In this document: positions 1 through 9,538 of the stretch, in pieces | How positions within the stretch are numbered: the first letter of the stretch is position 1 | How the letters are laid out: each line of letters starts with the position of its first letter | DNA from: Candidatus Aminicenantes bacterium | GTDB lineage: Bacteria; Acidobacteriota; Aminicenantia; Aminicenantales; CAVYOD01 | Length of the DNA stretch: 64,000 nucleotides | Direction of reading: 5' to 3' | Assembly (NCBI GenBank): GCA_963770045.1 | Contig: CAVYOD010000022.1 | Location: forward strand, 41,173 to 105,172 | Made by a program: the position numbers and the translations under genes | The notes under the pieces: generated by a model | Databases searched by the model: none | Seen by the model: the letters and a program-made list of their open reading frames with translations, nothing else | What the model was told of the DNA's origin: nothing

Positions 1-590
1 TCGTGCGCCGGCTTCGCCTTCGGTCGCGGCTGGTCGACATCTCCCCCATGGTCGATGCCTATTTTGCTGAATTCCCCACGCCCAACAAGGTATTGAGGGG
101 AAATAAAATGGCGCGGGAGAGGATGTCGATCCTGTACGATTTTTCGGCCCGGGAGAAAGCTCTGATTCTGGGAACGAGCAACAAGACCGAGCTCCTGATC
201 GGCTATGGAACCATCCACGGTGACATGGCCTCGGCGATTAACCCCCTGGGAGATCTCTATAAAACCCAAGTCCGTCAGGTCGGCAAGCACCTCGGGATTC
301 CGGACAGGATCCTCCGCAAAGTGCCGACCGCCGGCCTCTGGCCAGGCCAAACCGACGAGGGTGAGCTCGGCCTCAGTTATGGGGAGATCGACGCCATTCT
401 GTATCGCCTTGTTGATATGAGGCTGCCCCAAAAAGAGGTCGTCGCGGCCGGATTCGAGAAGACCAAAGTCGAGAAGATTGCCGGGATGATAAAGAACTCC
501 GAATTCAAGCGCAAGCTCCCGCCCATAGCCAAGCTGTCAGCCCGGACCGTCGGCCACGACTTTCTCTATCCCTACGATTGGGGCAGATAG
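1..590 (+). CDS. nadE: NAD+ synthetase, C-terminal part (5' end lies off-window)
   Basis: ORF open to the window edge. Translation carries ILGTSNKTELLIGYGTIHGDMASAINPLGDLYKTQV and LSYGEIDAIL stretches typical of NadE. Confidence 0.85.
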   Translation, partial: VRRLRLRSRLVDISPMVDAYFAEFPTPNKVLRGNKMARERMSILYDFSAREKALILGTSNKTELLIGYGTIHGDMASAINPLGDLYKTQVRQVGKHLGIPDRILRKVPTAGLWPGQTDEGELGLSYGEIDAILYRLVDMRLPQKEVVAAGFEKTKVEKIAGMIKNSEFKRKLPPIAKLSARTVGHDFLYPYDWGR

Positions 591-610
591 GGCTGAAAGA
601 GGTATAGTCG

Positions 611-1294
611 ATGGAGAACAAGACGGGAACTCTGTACGTTATCGCGACGCCCATTGGTAACCTCGAAGACATAAGCCTCAGGGCCCTGAGGATCCTCAAG
701 GAGGTCGACGCGGTCGCCTGTGAGGACACGCGCCGGACACTGAAACTTCTGAACGCTTACAAGATCCAAAAAAGGCTGATCAGCTATTATCAACCCAAAG
801 AGGGCCGGAAGTCGCCTCTGATCCTGGCGCTTCTCAAAGGAGGAAAAGACATCGCCCTCGTTTCTGATTCCGGGACTCCGGGCCTTTCCGACCCCGGGTT
901 CCGGCTCATCCGGGAAGCCGTCCAGGAAGGGATGACCGTGGTTCCCATCCCCGGAGCCTCAGCCGTCGCCGCGGCTCTGTCGGCGGCCGGGCTTCCCACG
1001 GACAGATTCCTGTTTCTGGGCTTCCCTCCGCCGAAAAGGGAAGCGACCAGAAAACTCCTGGTCTCGCTCAAGGAAGAGAGATCGACACTCGTTTTCTATC
1101 TCCCGACCCGAAAAATCGCCGAATTTCTTCTCCTTCTCGAGGAAGCGCTGGGAACCCGACAAGTGGTCATCGCCAGGGAGCTGACCAAGATCCATGAAGA
1201 GTTCATCAGGGGAGAGGCCAGGGAGTTGCTCTCTCGAATAGGCGAAAAAAAATTGAAGGGTGAGGCCACCGTGCTCGTTCAAGGGCGAAGATGA
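611..1294 (+). CDS. rsmI: 16S rRNA (cytidine1402-2'-O)-methyltransferase
   Basis: 227-aa ORF. N-terminus GTLYVIATPIGNLEDISLRALRILKEVDAVACEDTR is the RsmI/tetrapyrrole-methylase-fold signature. Confidence 0.9.
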   Translation: MENKTGTLYVIATPIGNLEDISLRALRILKEVDAVACEDTRRTLKLLNAYKIQKRLISYYQPKEGRKSPLILALLKGGKDIALVSDSGTPGLSDPGFRLIREAVQEGMTVVPIPGASAVAAALSAAGLPTDRFLFLGFPPPKREATRKLLVSLKEERSTLVFYLPTRKIAEFLLLLEEALGTRQVVIARELTKIHEEFIRGEARELLSRIGEKKLKGEATVLVQGRR

Positions 1295-1439
1295 AGACGA
1301 CGTCCCGGGGGTCAGGAGTCTTCGAGGGGAAACAAAGGGGACATAAGTTGCTCGAGAAGGAATCCTTCCGGCAATCGACAAATAGATACAGGGATAGTAT
1401 AGTAATATTGGCAGCAGATTCACCCTCAGGAGGTTACCG

Positions 1440-1913
1440 ATGGCGATCATAAGATGGGATCCCTTCAGGGACTTGCTCACCCTCCGGGAAAAGATGAACC
1501 GCCTGTTTGAGGACGTCGTCACCGCCCGAGGCCAAGAAAAAGAGTTTATCTCCAGCACCTGGAACCCGGCCGTGGACATCTATGAGAGCGAGAATCAGCT
1601 GGTCCTGACAGCCGAGATTCCTGGAGTCGACGAAAAGGACGTCGAGATCAAAATCGAAGACAACACCCTCTCGATCAAGGGGGAGCGCAGGTTCGAGACG
1701 GAGACGAAGGAAGAAAACTATCACCGCCTGGAAAGGTCCTATGGATCTTTTTATCGGACGTTCACCTTGCCGAACTACGTCGACCAGGACAAGATCCACG
1801 CCGAACACGAGAACGGCGTCTTGAAGATCACAATGCCGAAGCGAACCGACCTTAAGCCCCGGAAAGTGAAGATCCTCAAGCCGACGCTGCCCTCAGAAAA
1901 ACCAAAAAAATAA
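1440..1913 (+). CDS. Hsp20/alpha-crystallin family small heat-shock protein
   Basis: 157-aa ORF with AGGAGG 6 nt upstream. Alpha-crystallin core PAVDIYESENQLVLTAEIPGV...ENGVLKITMPK. Confidence 0.9.
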   Translation: MAIIRWDPFRDLLTLREKMNRLFEDVVTARGQEKEFISSTWNPAVDIYESENQLVLTAEIPGVDEKDVEIKIEDNTLSIKGERRFETETKEENYHRLERSYGSFYRTFTLPNYVDQDKIHAEHENGVLKITMPKRTDLKPRKVKILKPTLPSEKPKK

Positions 1914-1945
1914 ACGGACCAAGCGGGCCGGGTGAAGCTTCGCTC

Positions 1946-2728
1946 TCAAGCCTGAGCGATGGTCAGCGCCCGGACGTCTTTGACTCCCGACTTTTTGAGG
2001 GCCAGAGCACATTCCCTCAGGGTTGAGCCGGTCGTATAGACATCGTCCAGCAGAAGAACAGTTTTCCCCTCGATCTCTTCCGTTTTTTTTATCTTAAATG
2101 CGCCGCGAATGTTGTGGGCCCTCTCCCTGGCTTGGAGAGAAGTCTGGGGAGGCACATTTTTGACTTTCACCAGAGCGTCATCCACCAGGTCGATCCCTTT
2201 GAGCCTGGCGAGCTCCGCGGCGATGACCTGGGCCTGATTGAATCCCCGTTCTCTCCGCCGGCGAGGATGGAGGGGCACCGGGACGATGGCCTCCACGCCC
2301 CACCACAGGCCCTCGTCCCCGCCCAAAGCGCGTTCGGCAAACCTGGCCAGGTCGATGCCGAGGACTCTGAAATGCCGATATTTATAAAGAAGGATGACGT
2401 CCTTCACCTTCCCGCCATAAGAGGAGCAGGAGCGGTGACGGGAGAATGGCGGCATCTCCCGAAGGCAGTCCAGACACAGATGAGCCGGACCTCCGTCCTC
2501 AAAAAAGCGTCCGCAGCTGACGCAGCAGGGCGAGGAGGCGGGCGCCATTTTCCCCAGGCAGGATCGGCAAACGACGCGTTCTCCGTCCTCCTCCAGAAGC
2601 GTCGAGCACACCTTGCAGAAGGAAGGAAAGACGATAAGCTCTCCGAGTTTCCTTGATGAAGAGAAGAGCCTGGAGAGAGGGAGGATCACTGGGATTCTTG
2701 TTCTTGTTTCTCCTGGCAATTGATGCAC
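1946..2728 (-). CDS. comF: ComF family protein (amidophosphoribosyltransferase-like)
   Basis: 260-aa ORF. N-terminal paired CxxC zinc-finger motifs (CKVC..CRSC, CVSC..CLDC) and C-terminal PRTase motif LLLDDVYTTGSTL. Start uncertain because it overlaps the upstream gene by 43 nt. Confidence 0.75.
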   Translation of the reverse strand: MHQLPGETRTRIPVILPLSRLFSSSRKLGELIVFPSFCKVCSTLLEEDGERVVCRSCLGKMAPASSPCCVSCGRFFEDGGPAHLCLDCLREMPPFSRHRSCSSYGGKVKDVILLYKYRHFRVLGIDLARFAERALGGDEGLWWGVEAIVPVPLHPRRRRERGFNQAQVIAAELARLKGIDLVDDALVKVKNVPPQTSLQARERAHNIRGAFKIKKTEEIEGKTVLLLDDVYTTGSTLRECALALKKSGVKDVRALTIAQA

Positions 2729-3051
2729 AGGGCGGTCCAGGGGATCGCCTCCAGGCGCTTTTTCCCGATCTCTTGATGACAGACTTGGCAGATACCGAAT
2801 TCATCGGTGGCGAGTCGTTTCAGGGCCGCGTCGATCCGCATCAACTGGACTCGCTCCGCATCCGAGAGACTCAGAAGGAATTCTTTGGTGTACGAGCTTT
2901 CGGCCTTGTCCACGACGTCCTGGGCGATATCGGTTTCCACTTCCTTGCTTTCGTGGTAGAACTGGCTCAGCTTTTTGAGGATATTATCTTTTTGTTCCAG
3001 GAGTTTCTTCCGATAAACATCTTTTTCTTTCTTGGTCATTTTCTTACTCAA
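2686..3051 (-). CDS. DksA/TraR family C4-type zinc-finger protein
   Basis: 121-aa ORF with a coiled-coil-like N-part and CQVC-x17-CINC zinc finger at the C-terminus. Confidence 0.75.
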   Translation of the reverse strand: MSKKMTKKEKDVYRKKLLEQKDNILKKLSQFYHESKEVETDIAQDVVDKAESSYTKEFLLSLSDAERVQLMRIDAALKRLATDEFGICQVCHQEIGKKRLEAIPWTALCINCQEKQEQESQ

Positions 3052-3062
3052 TTCAGTCTCCC

Positions 3063-3530
3063 CTACTTTGCATAGTGTTGCCCTTTGATCATGGTCAGTG
3101 AGCGGTACAACTGTTCGAGCAGGATGACACGGCTCAATTCGTGCGAGAAGGTCATCCTGGACAGGGACAAAAGGAAATCGGACCTCTTTAAGATCCGCCC
3201 GGCCAGTCCCACGAACCCTCCGACAACAAAAGTCAGAGGCCGGCTCGAGCCTGTGCTGTGCCCTTCCAGAAACCTGGCCAGGTCGAGAGAGGTCATCTCC
3301 TTCCCCTTGTCAAAGAGGCAAATAATATAGTCATCTTTAAAATGCTTTTCAAGGCCTTCCGCCTCGACCGCCAAAATCCGGTCCTTATCTTTATCCTCAA
3401 TTCCTTTGGCCTCTCGGGTCTCAATGATCTCGCACCGGCCAATCCTGCGGATCCTGCCCAAATAATGCTCCTGCAACCTTCTCAGGTTCTCGTCCCTTGT
3501 CTTGCCGGGCCAGATGATCCTGAGGTTCAT
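3063..3530 (-). CDS. rlmH: 23S rRNA (pseudouridine1915-N3)-methyltransferase
   Basis: 155-aa ORF. SPOUT/RlmH pattern LTFVVGGFVGL...SLSRMTFSHELSRVILLEQLYRS. Conserved neighbourhood with rsfS and nadD. Confidence 0.9.
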   Translation of the reverse strand: MNLRIIWPGKTRDENLRRLQEHYLGRIRRIGRCEIIETREAKGIEDKDKDRILAVEAEGLEKHFKDDYIICLFDKGKEMTSLDLARFLEGHSTGSSRPLTFVVGGFVGLAGRILKRSDFLLSLSRMTFSHELSRVILLEQLYRSLTMIKGQHYAK

Positions 3531-3637
3531 GAGTGCCTGTCCATCCGGGCTGGCGCGTGACCGTTCAGCTTCCGAGCCTCAAAAATGGTCAATAAAAAAT
3601 AATGATTTGGGGGAAAAAAGTCAATAGATTTTTTAAA

Positions 3638-4021
3638 TTATTGATATTCCAGCTTCGGGGCGTCCCCCCACAATTTTTCTAAAGAATAATAGTCACGGGT
3701 CTGCTTCGAAAAAACATGGACGATAAAACTGCCGTAGTCCAGCAGGATCCATTCTCCGTGCTCTCTGCCTTCGATGCTGTGGGGGCGGACGCTCACCTTC
3801 CGGAGCTCGTGTTCGATATTTTCATAGAGGGCGACATTCTGCCGGGTCGAATTTCCATTCATGATGATAAAATAGTCCGTAAAGGAGGACACTTCCCTCA
3901 TATCCAGAACCAGGACGCCTTCCCCTTTTTTGGCCAGACCTGCCTTGACCGAGATCCTGACTTCCTCAGGCAAGCCCCTCTTGGTCAACTTTTTTGTCCG
4001 CTGTTCTTCTGTTTCCTTCAT
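3638..4021 (-). CDS. rsfS: ribosome silencing factor
   Basis: 127-aa ORF. Iojap/RsfS motifs DYFIIMNGNSTRQ and WILLDYGSFIVHVF. Confidence 0.9.
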   Translation of the reverse strand: MKETEEQRTKKLTKRGLPEEVRISVKAGLAKKGEGVLVLDMREVSSFTDYFIIMNGNSTRQNVALYENIEHELRKVSVRPHSIEGREHGEWILLDYGSFIVHVFSKQTRDYYSLEKLWGDAPKLEYQ

Positions 4022-4677
4022 CGATATAACCCTTTTTCCTTAATGTAAGCCTCAACCTCTCGGGGGATGAATCCTTCAAGAGAATCTCCGTTTTTGATCC
4101 GTCTCCGGACTTCGGTCGAGGAAACATCGAGAGCGTCGATCCTCAGCAGGAGGATCTTGAAAGTTTGCAAAAGCCCCTCTTCTAAAGGCTTATCGGAGGG
4201 CACGAGGTACATTTCTCTCTGGAATCTTCCACCCAGGATGTCCCTGGCTCTGTCCAGTTCATACCCCGGCCTCGAAATAACGACGAATGAACACTGAGAT
4301 AGGACCCGTTCATACTCCCGCCACGTTTCGATCTCCAAGAAAGAATCGACCCCAAGAATAAAGTAGATCGAAGACCCGCGGTAGATTCTCTTTATTTTTT
4401 CCAGGGTCAGGATCGAATAGGATTTCTCTCTGGCCTCGACTTCGATAGCGCAGGGCTTGAAGAGGGCGTTTCCTGCCAGGGCGAGCTCGACCATCATCAG
4501 ACGGTCTTGCGGGGAAGCGATCTCCTGGGTGACTTTGTGGGGCGGGATATAGGACGGAATGAAGAGGACCTGGCTGAGCGAAAACGTCTCCTGAACTATC
4601 TCCGCCGCCCGCAGGTGCCCCGAGTGGATCGGGTTGAAGGTGCCGCCGAAAAGCCCTATTCTTTCCTTATCCGCCAT
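4018..4677 (-). CDS. nadD: nicotinate-nucleotide adenylyltransferase
   Basis: 219-aa ORF. IGLFGGTFNPIHSGH nucleotidyltransferase motif. 4-nt overlap with rsfS. Confidence 0.9.
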   Translation of the reverse strand: MADKERIGLFGGTFNPIHSGHLRAAEIVQETFSLSQVLFIPSYIPPHKVTQEIASPQDRLMMVELALAGNALFKPCAIEVEAREKSYSILTLEKIKRIYRGSSIYFILGVDSFLEIETWREYERVLSQCSFVVISRPGYELDRARDILGGRFQREMYLVPSDKPLEEGLLQTFKILLLRIDALDVSSTEVRRRIKNGDSLEGFIPREVEAYIKEKGLYR

Positions 4678-5710
4678 GGCTTTCCTCAGCCGGCCTCGCC
4701 GCCTCCTTCGACATCCGCTCCAGGGTCCTCGCGATGGCCGAAACGAGCGGCCTCAGCCCCTGTGAATGGAGCGCGGAAATGGCGAAAAACGGGATCTTTT
4801 CCCTTTTCGCCAGGCGCTCGATTTTTTCTAACCGAGTCCCGCTCTCTCCGAGAAGGTCGATTTTGTTCGCGACCAAAATCTGCCTTCTCCTAGCAAGCTC
4901 GGGATTAAAAGCTTTCAACTCAGACATGACGACCGAAAAATCCTGCTCCGGATCCCTTCCCGTAGAGGGTGAGACGTCGACCAGGTGGACCAGGATCTTG
5001 GTCCTCTCGATGTGCTTGAGAAAGCGCGTGCCCAGTCCGGCCCCCTGATGAGCGCCCTTGATCAGCCCCGGGATATCTGCGACCACAAAACTCTTTCTCG
5101 TTCCCGGCTCTACGACCCCCAAGGTGGGCAGCAACGTCGTAAAGGGATAATCGGCGATAACCGGCCGGGCGGCTGAGATCTTGGAGATCAGGCTGGACTT
5201 CCCGACGTTGGGAAAACCGATCAGTCCGACATCCGCGATGAGCTTCAGCTCGAGGAGGAGCTCTTTTTCTTCTCCCGGTTTGCCGGTTTCCGACTGACGC
5301 GGGGCCTGGTTGGTCGAAGTGGCAAAAGACGCGTTTCCTCGCCCGCCCTTGCCCCCTTTGACGGCAAGGTAGCGTTGGCCCGGCTCCGTGAAATCAAATA
5401 AAATCGCGGTTTGTCCCTTTTCTCGAACGATTGTTCCAACAGGGACTTTCAAAAAGAGGTCTGTCCCCTTCTTCCCCTGCCGGTTGCTGCCTTCGCCGTG
5501 GGAGCCGTTCCTGGCCCTGTTGAGTGGATGGAACCGAAAATACCCCAGCGAGTTGAGGTCCGTATCTGAATCCAGATAGACGTTGCCCCCGTCACCTCCC
5601 CGGCCTCCGTCCGGTCCCCCCTTGGGGACGCGGTATTCCCTCCGGAAACTCACGCAGCCATTTCCTCCCTTGCCGGCCCGGAGGATGACACTGACCTGAT
5701 CAATAAACAT
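4667..5710 (-). CDS. obg: GTPase Obg
   Basis: 347-aa ORF. Obg-fold N-terminus (MFIDQV..GGNGCVSFRRE..GGPDGGRGGDGGNV) plus GTPase boxes GFPNVGKSS, DIPGL, NKID. Confidence 0.95.
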   Translation of the reverse strand: MFIDQVSVILRAGKGGNGCVSFRREYRVPKGGPDGGRGGDGGNVYLDSDTDLNSLGYFRFHPLNRARNGSHGEGSNRQGKKGTDLFLKVPVGTIVREKGQTAILFDFTEPGQRYLAVKGGKGGRGNASFATSTNQAPRQSETGKPGEEKELLLELKLIADVGLIGFPNVGKSSLISKISAARPVIADYPFTTLLPTLGVVEPGTRKSFVVADIPGLIKGAHQGAGLGTRFLKHIERTKILVHLVDVSPSTGRDPEQDFSVVMSELKAFNPELARRRQILVANKIDLLGESGTRLEKIERLAKREKIPFFAISALHSQGLRPLVSAIARTLERMSKEAARPAEESHGG

Positions 5711-5785
5711 CCTGGGAGATGCCTGGACTCTTAGCCCCTTCCGCTTTTTTAAGGTGAGAGTTGATAATTCTTAGGCCGCCCACAG

Positions 5786-6040
5786 TCATGCAGGGAGCAC
5801 CGAAACGATCTTGTGTCCCTTGCCTTTATTTTCGAAATGAACAATCCCCGTGATCTTGGCAAAGAGGGTGTCGTCCTTCCCTCTCCCGACGTTGAAACCG
5901 GGCTTGAAAGGTGTGCCTCGCTGACGGACAAGAATACTCCCGGCGTTTACTTTCTGTCCGCCGAAGCGTTTAACGCCGAGCCTTTGGCCCTGGCTGTCCC
6001 GTCCATTCTTCGCGCTCCCGCCGGCTTTTTTGTGAGCCAT
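5786..6040 (-). CDS. rpmA: 50S ribosomal protein L27
   Basis: 84-aa ORF starting [24 protein letters not shown]. Confidence 0.95.
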   Translation of the reverse strand: MAHKKAGGSAKNGRDSQGQRLGVKRFGGQKVNAGSILVRQRGTPFKPGFNVGRGKDDTLFAKITGIVHFENKGKGHKIVSVLPA

Positions 6041-6044
6041 CGTC

Positions 6045-6584
6045 TTACTCCTTCGTTTTGGTCGCCTGCTTTCTGGGTTTGGCCGCCGGCTTGGCGACCG
6101 CTTTCTTCCTGGAGACCGGCTTCCCTTTGGCGGCTTCCGCCGGGCCGACTTTGATCTCTTTTTTAGCCTTGGGTTCCTTCCTGGCGACTTTTTTCTCCTC
6201 GGCTCCCGGCACTTCCGTTGTCATCACCCTGCTCTCGAGCTTGACCTTCTCTTCCTCGGACAAACCGCTCCAATCGGGAACTATCTTTTCGATCCTGACA
6301 CGGGTGAGCTCCTGGCGGTGGCCCCTCGTCCGCCGGTATTGTTTTCTTCTCTTTTTCTTGAAAATGAGCACCTTTTCATCCTTAAAATTCTCAAGGACTT
6401 CTGCCTGAACTCGAGCATTCTCAAGGACCGGGGTGCCGACAAACGTGGCTTCGCCGTCGTCGATCAGGAGAATCCGATCAAACCCGACTTTTTCTCCTTT
6501 TTCCGCGCCGAGCTTCTCCACCGAGAGGACATCTCCTTCCTGGACCTTGTACTGTTTTCCGCCAGTCTTAATCACTGCGAACAT
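6045..6584 (-). CDS. rplU: 50S ribosomal protein L21 with Lys/Ala/Glu-rich C-terminal extension
   Basis: 179-aa ORF. The first ~100 aa are L21 ([18 protein letters not shown]...). The last ~75 aa are a low-complexity K/A/E/P tail. Confidence 0.9.
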   Translation of the reverse strand: MFAVIKTGGKQYKVQEGDVLSVEKLGAEKGEKVGFDRILLIDDGEATFVGTPVLENARVQAEVLENFKDEKVLIFKKKRRKQYRRTRGHRQELTRVRIEKIVPDWSGLSEEEKVKLESRVMTTEVPGAEEKKVARKEPKAKKEIKVGPAEAAKGKPVSRKKAVAKPAAKPRKQATKTKE

Positions 6585-6620
6585 GGTTTTTCCTTTTGTA
6601 AATATAGAAACCGGATGCTA

Positions 6621-6649
6621 AATTTAGCACAGGGAAGCTTTTATGTCAA
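6621..6649 (-). promoter_or_regulatory. sigma-70-type promoter candidate for rplU-rpmA-obg
   Basis: Minus strand reads TTGACA-17 nt-TAAATT, about 35 nt upstream of the rplU ATG. Confidence 0.4.
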
Positions 6650-6871
6650 ATTGGTTACGTACCCCGCACCCCGTACCGCGTTCCCCGTTTTGTAGTCAGG
6701 AAAACATTCAAAGAAGAAAGAATACTTCAAACGCCCATCGTGCCCGTTCCCCGCGCATGGAAAACGACGAGATAGAGGTATGAGCTGTAAGCCGTTAGAA
6801 CAAATATGACTTTAAAAAATAAGAATGACGACTTCTCACGCCTCAGTGCTCACGGCTCACTTCTTGAGGGG

Positions 6872-6900
6872 TTGACAAAGCCTTTTCTTTTCCTTACTTT
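6872..6900 (+). promoter_or_regulatory. sigma-70-type promoter candidate for tRNA-Val
   Basis: TTGACA-17 nt-TACTTT, ending about 35 nt before the tRNA 5' end. Confidence 0.4.
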
Positions 6901-6934
6901 AGGGGGGATCTGAGGGGCAAATCCCGAGAAACAC

Positions 6935-7006
6935 GGGCGGTTAGCTCAGCGGTAGAGTACCGGTCTTACAAACCGGGGGTCACTGGTTCGAACCCAGTAC
7001 CGCCCA
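6935..7006 (+). tRNA. tRNA-Val (anticodon TAC)
   Basis: Hand-folded cloverleaf. Acceptor GGGCGGT/ACCGCCC, D-stem GCTC/GAGT, anticodon arm CCGGT-CTTACAA-ACCGG, variable GGGTC, T-arm ACTGG-TTCGAAC-CCAGT, discriminator A. CCA not encoded. Confidence 0.95.
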
Positions 7007-7013
7007 TCCTGCT

Positions 7014-7109
7014 ACCCGAAACGCCTTCATGCCACAAATCCCCCTTGATTTCTCAAGGGGGATAAGGGGGATTAATATTGCTAGGTGAATTCTGAGAGGC
7101 GTTTCGGGT
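7014..7109. repeat. structured ~90-nt repeat element, copy A
   Basis: 12-bp terminal inverted repeat ACCCGAAACGCC / GGCGTTTCGGGT encloses an inner hairpin CCCCCTTGA-TTTC-TCAAGGGGG and a core GGGGGATTAATATTGCTAGGTGAATTCTGAGAGGC. The core recurs at 7133-7208 and 46436-46522. Confidence 0.6.
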
Positions 7110-7132
7110 TCAAAAATAATTTGGAGGCCAAC

Positions 7133-7208
7133 CTTCTTCCCCGTCCAATTCCTAGGAGGGGAAGGGGAGGTTAATTTCCAAAATTAGAAGTCTTAGAGGC
7201 GTTTGCGG
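7133..7208. repeat. structured repeat element, copy B (partial)
   Basis: Inner hairpin CTTCCCC...GGGGAAG followed by GGGGAGGTTAATTTCCAAAATTAGAAGTCTTAGAGGCG. Alignable by eye with copies A and C. Confidence 0.55.
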
Positions 7209-7547
7209 ATTCTAGGTTTCCCAAAACACCCACCAGCCCTGATAAGATGTCGGGCCGCGGCCTCGTTTATCACACACGTCTCTCACCAGCACGCTGGGTT
7301 GGGATCTCCTGCCCACGAAAAAAAAGCTCGTCTATCTCGCGATCCGGTAGGGAGCGGGCAATCGGAGGCGGCCTGGAAGGGAGGCCGGGATGATAAGTCG
7401 CTGTTTAAGCTGTTTAATCGGATTTCAAGATGAGCTGAAGGCCCTAAGAATCTTCCTTCAGCTTCACCGCACAGCGCATATAACCGGGGACATGTACCTC
7501 TAGTCCTTGTCCCGCATCTTGATCTGCTGATCCGCGGATCCCGCTTC

Positions 7548-9080
7548 CTATGACGTCACCGTGGCCACGTGCTTGTGGCATTTCGGGCAGGAATATTCAG
7601 CAACGTAGAGCTCGGTCGATTTGTCGTCGAGGGCCGGATTGATCGGCCCTACGCTCCCGTCGCTGTAGCGAATCCGCGTCGGGTAGCCGCATTCGCAGTA
7701 CAGGACGGAAGCCCCTTGACTGAGCCAACCCGCGGCACGGAGGATCCCTTGGATCTTTTCCCGTTTTTCCGCTTCGCTCCCCGGCTCGCTGATGATGGAC
7801 GACAAAATCGAACTCAACGGCCGCTCGCCGTACACGAATTTGAATATCTTTTCATTTATCTGGGGATCAGAAGCCAAGCGGCCGGCGTCGAGATGGCGTT
7901 TCAGCTCAGGGATCGCCTCCCGGGCGCCGATCCCGACGAGCAGGGCCGCCAGGGCATAGATGCCCACCTCGTCCCGGTTCATCGCCTCCACGATTGCCGG
8001 GACGGCATCCTGGCCCGCGTTAACCAGAATTTCGCGGGCCGCCGGCCGTCGACTTCCGAGCTGGAACGCGGCGCTGTAGTCCCTGCTGTTGAAAATCGCG
8101 GCCAGAGCCGCATAGTCTCTCTTTGCGCCCAGATCCTGGGCCCAGGGGCGCACGTCGCCGTAGATGAAGCGCGCGACTTCGGCGGCGACATTCTGCCGCA
8201 ACCGGCCGTTTTCAATCCATTGGCGAAGGAATGGCCCCGCTTCGGAAAAACCGGTCTGGGCCAGGATCAGGGCCAGGACGTGGGCGATGTTTTCCATGGA
8301 CTTGACTTTGGCAAACCTCTCCATGATCAGCCGCGCGGAGGCGTCGGCCGGGAAGTGTTTGACCAGCCCCTCTGCGGACTCTCTCATCTCGGAGGAGTTC
8401 CAATCCGAGGACCGCACGAAGAGTTCCTTCCAAGCCTCGCCGACCGCCTCCGCGTTCTGCGTGTCGACGGGCATGGTCGTGATTCCCCGGGCTTTGAGCT
8501 CCTCCGCCCTGAGGCTTTGCCCGTCGGCCCAGCGCGGGTCGGGGTGCGATATATAGCGCAGATAATCGAATAGCAGGGTCCAGGTACTGCTCTTTTTGAT
8601 TTCCTGGCGCATCTTCTCCAGCTTTTCCTCTTTTTCTTGTTTGGTGCGCTCTGTCTCTATGCCCAGGCGTTCCTTCAGGAGTTCCTTCATCGAGGCCTTG
8701 GCCGCGGCGGCGACCTCCGGGTCCTGATCTTTCGCCGCATGTCCCAAGGCCGAGATCGCCCGAGTGTCCCTCATTTTCCCCAGGGCAGTCGCGGCCATCA
8801 ACCGGGCTCCTCGATCGGGGTGCCTGAGATGATTGATCAACGGCTGAACCGCTTGCGGCCCGAGGGAGATCATCTTCGTGAGCGATTCTTCCCGCAAACC
8901 TGCATCGGGCGAATTCAACTTGAACAACAGGGCCTCCACCTCTTTTTTCACGTCCCCTTTATGGGGAGCATCTCTGCGGGTGGACTGGGGGACAGCCGCA
9001 GGTCTATGAGGGCTCCCCCCAAGGTTGGCCTCTGTGAGTTCCGCCTTCTCTTTGCCCCAGAGTCTCTTTAAAAGCCCCAT
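7548..9080 (-). CDS. HEAT-repeat protein with C-terminal zinc-ribbon-like motif, function unknown
   Basis: 510-aa ORF. N-terminal HEAT/PBS-lyase-type repeats (AVQPLINHLRHPDRGARLMAATALGKMRDTRAISALGHAAKDQDPEVAAAA). C-terminal CEC...CPKC. Confidence 0.6.
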   Translation of the reverse strand: MGLLKRLWGKEKAELTEANLGGSPHRPAAVPQSTRRDAPHKGDVKKEVEALLFKLNSPDAGLREESLTKMISLGPQAVQPLINHLRHPDRGARLMAATALGKMRDTRAISALGHAAKDQDPEVAAAAKASMKELLKERLGIETERTKQEKEEKLEKMRQEIKKSSTWTLLFDYLRYISHPDPRWADGQSLRAEELKARGITTMPVDTQNAEAVGEAWKELFVRSSDWNSSEMRESAEGLVKHFPADASARLIMERFAKVKSMENIAHVLALILAQTGFSEAGPFLRQWIENGRLRQNVAAEVARFIYGDVRPWAQDLGAKRDYAALAAIFNSRDYSAAFQLGSRRPAAREILVNAGQDAVPAIVEAMNRDEVGIYALAALLVGIGAREAIPELKRHLDAGRLASDPQINEKIFKFVYGERPLSSILSSIISEPGSEAEKREKIQGILRAAGWLSQGASVLYCECGYPTRIRYSDGSVGPINPALDDKSTELYVAEYSCPKCHKHVATVTS

Positions 9081-9538
9081 ATCGCTCTCCTTTTCCCCAT
9101 GTCCGGGCTCATGCCTCGGTCCGGTTGCGCGACTTTATCATTCCTGGGTTAGATATTCAAGAAAAACAAGAGGCAATTGGGGATAGGAAATTCCTTTTTC
9201 GCACCGTATGGTTACCCCGCCTATCAGGCTCGGAACCGATGTCTCCCATCACGAAATAATGATATCCAGGGCTGGTGATCGGATTCAAAAAGGAGGTTTT
9301 TGTCACGAAACGGGAAGGAGTCTATCAGAAAAATGCGCCCTGGACTCAAAATCCTCCAGGAAGAAAAATTGGCTTATACCGTTAAGCCCAGCATTGTCAG
9401 CAACTTGCTAGGGAATTAACAACTTATAAGAAAAAGTGGCGGGTCATACCGTTCCCACCGTTTGCATTGTTTGCGTGGAATAATGCAAATAGGTAACACA
9501 TAAGTGACACAGTGGGAATATGCCTTTTATTCAAACCT

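Noticed and set aside
9208-9411. 67-aa ORF in the intergenic region (also 7203-7433 and 20274-20468)
   Set aside because: No RBS, no motifs, located in AT-richer non-coding stretches or promoter leaders. These are treated as spurious.
9512-9538. Reading 9512-9585 as a complete 74-nt tRNA
   Set aside because: GTGGGAA could partly pair with the 3' acceptor strand. However, positions 10-26 (TGCCTTTTATTCAAACC) have no D-stem and no conserved GG, so only the 3' 47 nt are tRNA-like.
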